Both the position numbers and the translations under genes were made by a program. A stretch of DNA of 63,441 bases, the filler included, from Octopus bimaculoides (taxonomy: Eukaryota), in NCBI RefSeq assembly GCF_001194135.2. It is 12 parts of 11 records of this genome, joined end to end, with 100 filler letters (N's around TTAATTAATTAA, not from the genome) between each part and the next. Parts side by side here need not be neighbours in the genome. Positions count along the whole stretch, not along the records: positions 59,153 to 63,441 come from NC_069010.1; 11 more parts are not named here. One strand, written 5' to 3'. The notes under the pieces are model-generated. The model ran no database searches and was not told where the DNA came from. It saw nothing but the letters and a program-made list of their open reading frames with translations. The first letter of the stretch is position 1; every line of letters starts with the position of its first letter. Below are positions 61,346-63,441 of the stretch, piece after piece.

Positions 61346-61569
61346 TGTAATTCTTCTTGTTATTAAAGTGTATTTCTTTCTCCTAAATTCTGTTGCAGGA
61401 AGCTGTTCAAGAGAAACAGGAGGCAGAATAGGACCTTGGCACTCACCATCTTTCATCTCACCCCATGAAGAAAAACCTCTTGTAGTGTCTCTGTCAACCA
61501 TCAAATTCTCTCTCTTGGGTCATCTGTCTACTGTCTTGTTACTTGTATGTCCCTCTCTCAGTGCTCTGA

Positions 61570-61820
61570 GCAAAATGGCTCAGTGGCACTTCATCTGGCT
61601 CCAGGTTTTGAGTTCAAATTCCGCTGTGGTTGACTTTGCCTTTCATCCTTTTGGGGTCAATAAATTAAGTACCAGTTAATCCTTGGCATCATTGTAATCC
61701 ACTAGTCTCCCCCAGCAAAATTTCAGGCCTTGTGCCTATAATAAAAAGAATTATTATTATTATTATTATTAAGGTGGCTAGCTGGCAGAATCATTAGCAA
61801 GCCGGGCAAAATGCTTAGTG
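61570..61820 (+). mobile_element. SINE family A copies, CpG-depleted
   Basis: GAGTTCAAATTCCGCTGTGGTTGACTTTGCCTTTCATCC core; a second head is cut by the gap. Confidence 0.8.
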
Positions 61821-62520
61821 NNNNNNNNNNNNNNNNNNNNNNNNNNNNNNNNNNNNNNNNNNNNNNNNNNNNNNNNNNNNNNNNNNNNNNNNNNNNNNNN
61901 NNNNNNNNNNNNNNNNNNNNNNNNNNNNNNNNNNNNNNNNNNNNNNNNNNNNNNNNNNNNNNNNNNNNNNNNNNNNNNNNNNNNNNNNNNNNNNNNNNNN
62001 NNNNNNNNNNNNNNNNNNNNNNNNNNNNNNNNNNNNNNNNNNNNNNNNNNNNNNNNNNNNNNNNNNNNNNNNNNNNNNNNNNNNNNNNNNNNNNNNNNNN
62101 NNNNNNNNNNNNNNNNNNNNNNNNNNNNNNNNNNNNNNNNNNNNNNNNNNNNNNNNNNNNNNNNNNNNNNNNNNNNNNNNNNNNNNNNNNNNNNNNNNNN
62201 NNNNNNNNNNNNNNNNNNNNNNNNNNNNNNNNNNNNNNNNNNNNNNNNNNNNNNNNNNNNNNNNNNNNNNNNNNNNNNNNNNNNNNNNNNNNNNNNNNNN
62301 NNNNNNNNNNNNNNNNNNNNNNNNNNNNNNNNNNNNNNNNNNNNNNNNNNNNNNNNNNNNNNNNNNNNNNNNNNNNNNNNNNNNNNNNNNNNNNNNNNNN
62401 NNNNNNNNNNNNNNNNNNNNNNNNNNNNNNNNNNNNNNNNNNNNNNNNNNNNNNNNNNNNNNNNNNNNNNNNNNNNNNNNNNNNNNNNNNNNNNNNNNNN
62501 NNGAAAGAATACGGAGAAAA

Positions 62521-62549
<29 letters not shown>

Positions 62550-62554
<5 letters not shown>

Positions 62555-63280
62555 CGAGATCGTTGCCAGTGCCGTTGGACTGGCTCCTGTGCAGGTGGCA
62601 CATAAAATACACCATTTTGAGCGTGGCCGTTGCCAGTACCTCCTGACTGGCCTTCGTAGGATTTTGGCACGTAAAAGCATCCACTACACTCTCGAAGTGG
62701 TTGGCGTTAGGAAGGGCATCCAACTGTAGAAATTCTGCCAAATCAGATGGGAGCCTGGTGTAGCCATCCGGTTTCACCAGTCCAGTCAAATCGTCCAACC
62801 CTTGCTAGCATGGAAAGCGGACGTTAAACGATGATGATGTATGTTCCAAACACCAGATTAATGAATGACAAACTTATTTCACTAAATTTTTCATTATTTT
62901 CAAAATTAATTGAAACTAGCACCATTTGAGCGGAATCATTACCAGCGTCGCCTTTTAGCACTAGTGCTGGTGGCACGTTAGAAAATCATTCGAGCGATGT
63001 CGTTGCCAGTGCCAGTCCAGCGGCAGTGGCAACGATCTCGCTCGAATGCCTTTACAAGTCTCTTGTCTAATGAAGGAGACGACGTTGGCATGGGTGCCAG
63101 TCGTCGAATTTAGTGTGATTTCGATTTCACTTGCCTCAACAGGTCTTTGCAAGCGGAGTTTAGTGTCCATTGAAGGATAGGTACGCATAAGTGGGCTGGC
63201 TACACCCCTGGCAGAGGCCTTGGATTTAGGTCTCACTTGGCTTGCCGGGTCTTCTCATACTCTACCCACGAAGCCACGTG
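62550..63280 (+). mobile_element. SINE family C copy plus an adjacent related repeat
   Basis: Full C tail at 62700-62840 and subrepeats at 62920-63060. GCCTCAACAGGTCT (63133) resembles the sequence at about 60045. Confidence 0.7.
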
Positions 63281-63441
63281 TTTGGAAACGCTGAATTAAA
63301 TTACATGCTTTGAAATAAACTCTTTCGGTGTTGAAATATTTGAGAATTTCACTAAAAATGGAAAAAATTAAAAAAAGAAAACAAAACAACAAATGCTTAA
63401 AAACAATAAAAAATATATTCCTTTTTATTTGGCTTGTTTTT

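Overview
Eukaryotic, AT-rich, microsatellite-saturated and gappy scaffold. The SINE repertoire and repeat style suggest an Octopus (coleoid cephalopod) genome; this is inference from recall, not a database match. There are no prokaryotic features, CRISPR arrays or true rRNA/tRNA genes. One host gene is supportable: a secreted or cell-surface immunoglobulin-domain protein on + with three phase-1-compatible coding exons (18086-18140 signal peptide, a 24-nt microexon at 21153-21176, and a 333-nt V-type Ig exon at 22645-22977); its later exons were not found. The rest is transposable-element debris: several mariner remnants and derivatives, a hAT transposase, three R4/Dong-like RLE LINE fragments, an RTE LINE, five dispersed short-repeat families (four SINE-like), MITEs, a SINE-like-repeat-derived higher-order tandem array and a triple C2H2 remnant. 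The most notable unexplained signal is a set of hammerhead-ribozyme motifs in several unrelated small repeats. These include a structurally complete type I hammerhead (20740-20825) on the sense strand of an Ig-gene intron, consistent with Penelope-like or retrozyme-like elements. Repeat boundaries are read by eye and approximate. Nearly all long ORFs in the supplied track are artefacts of microsatellites or N-gaps.
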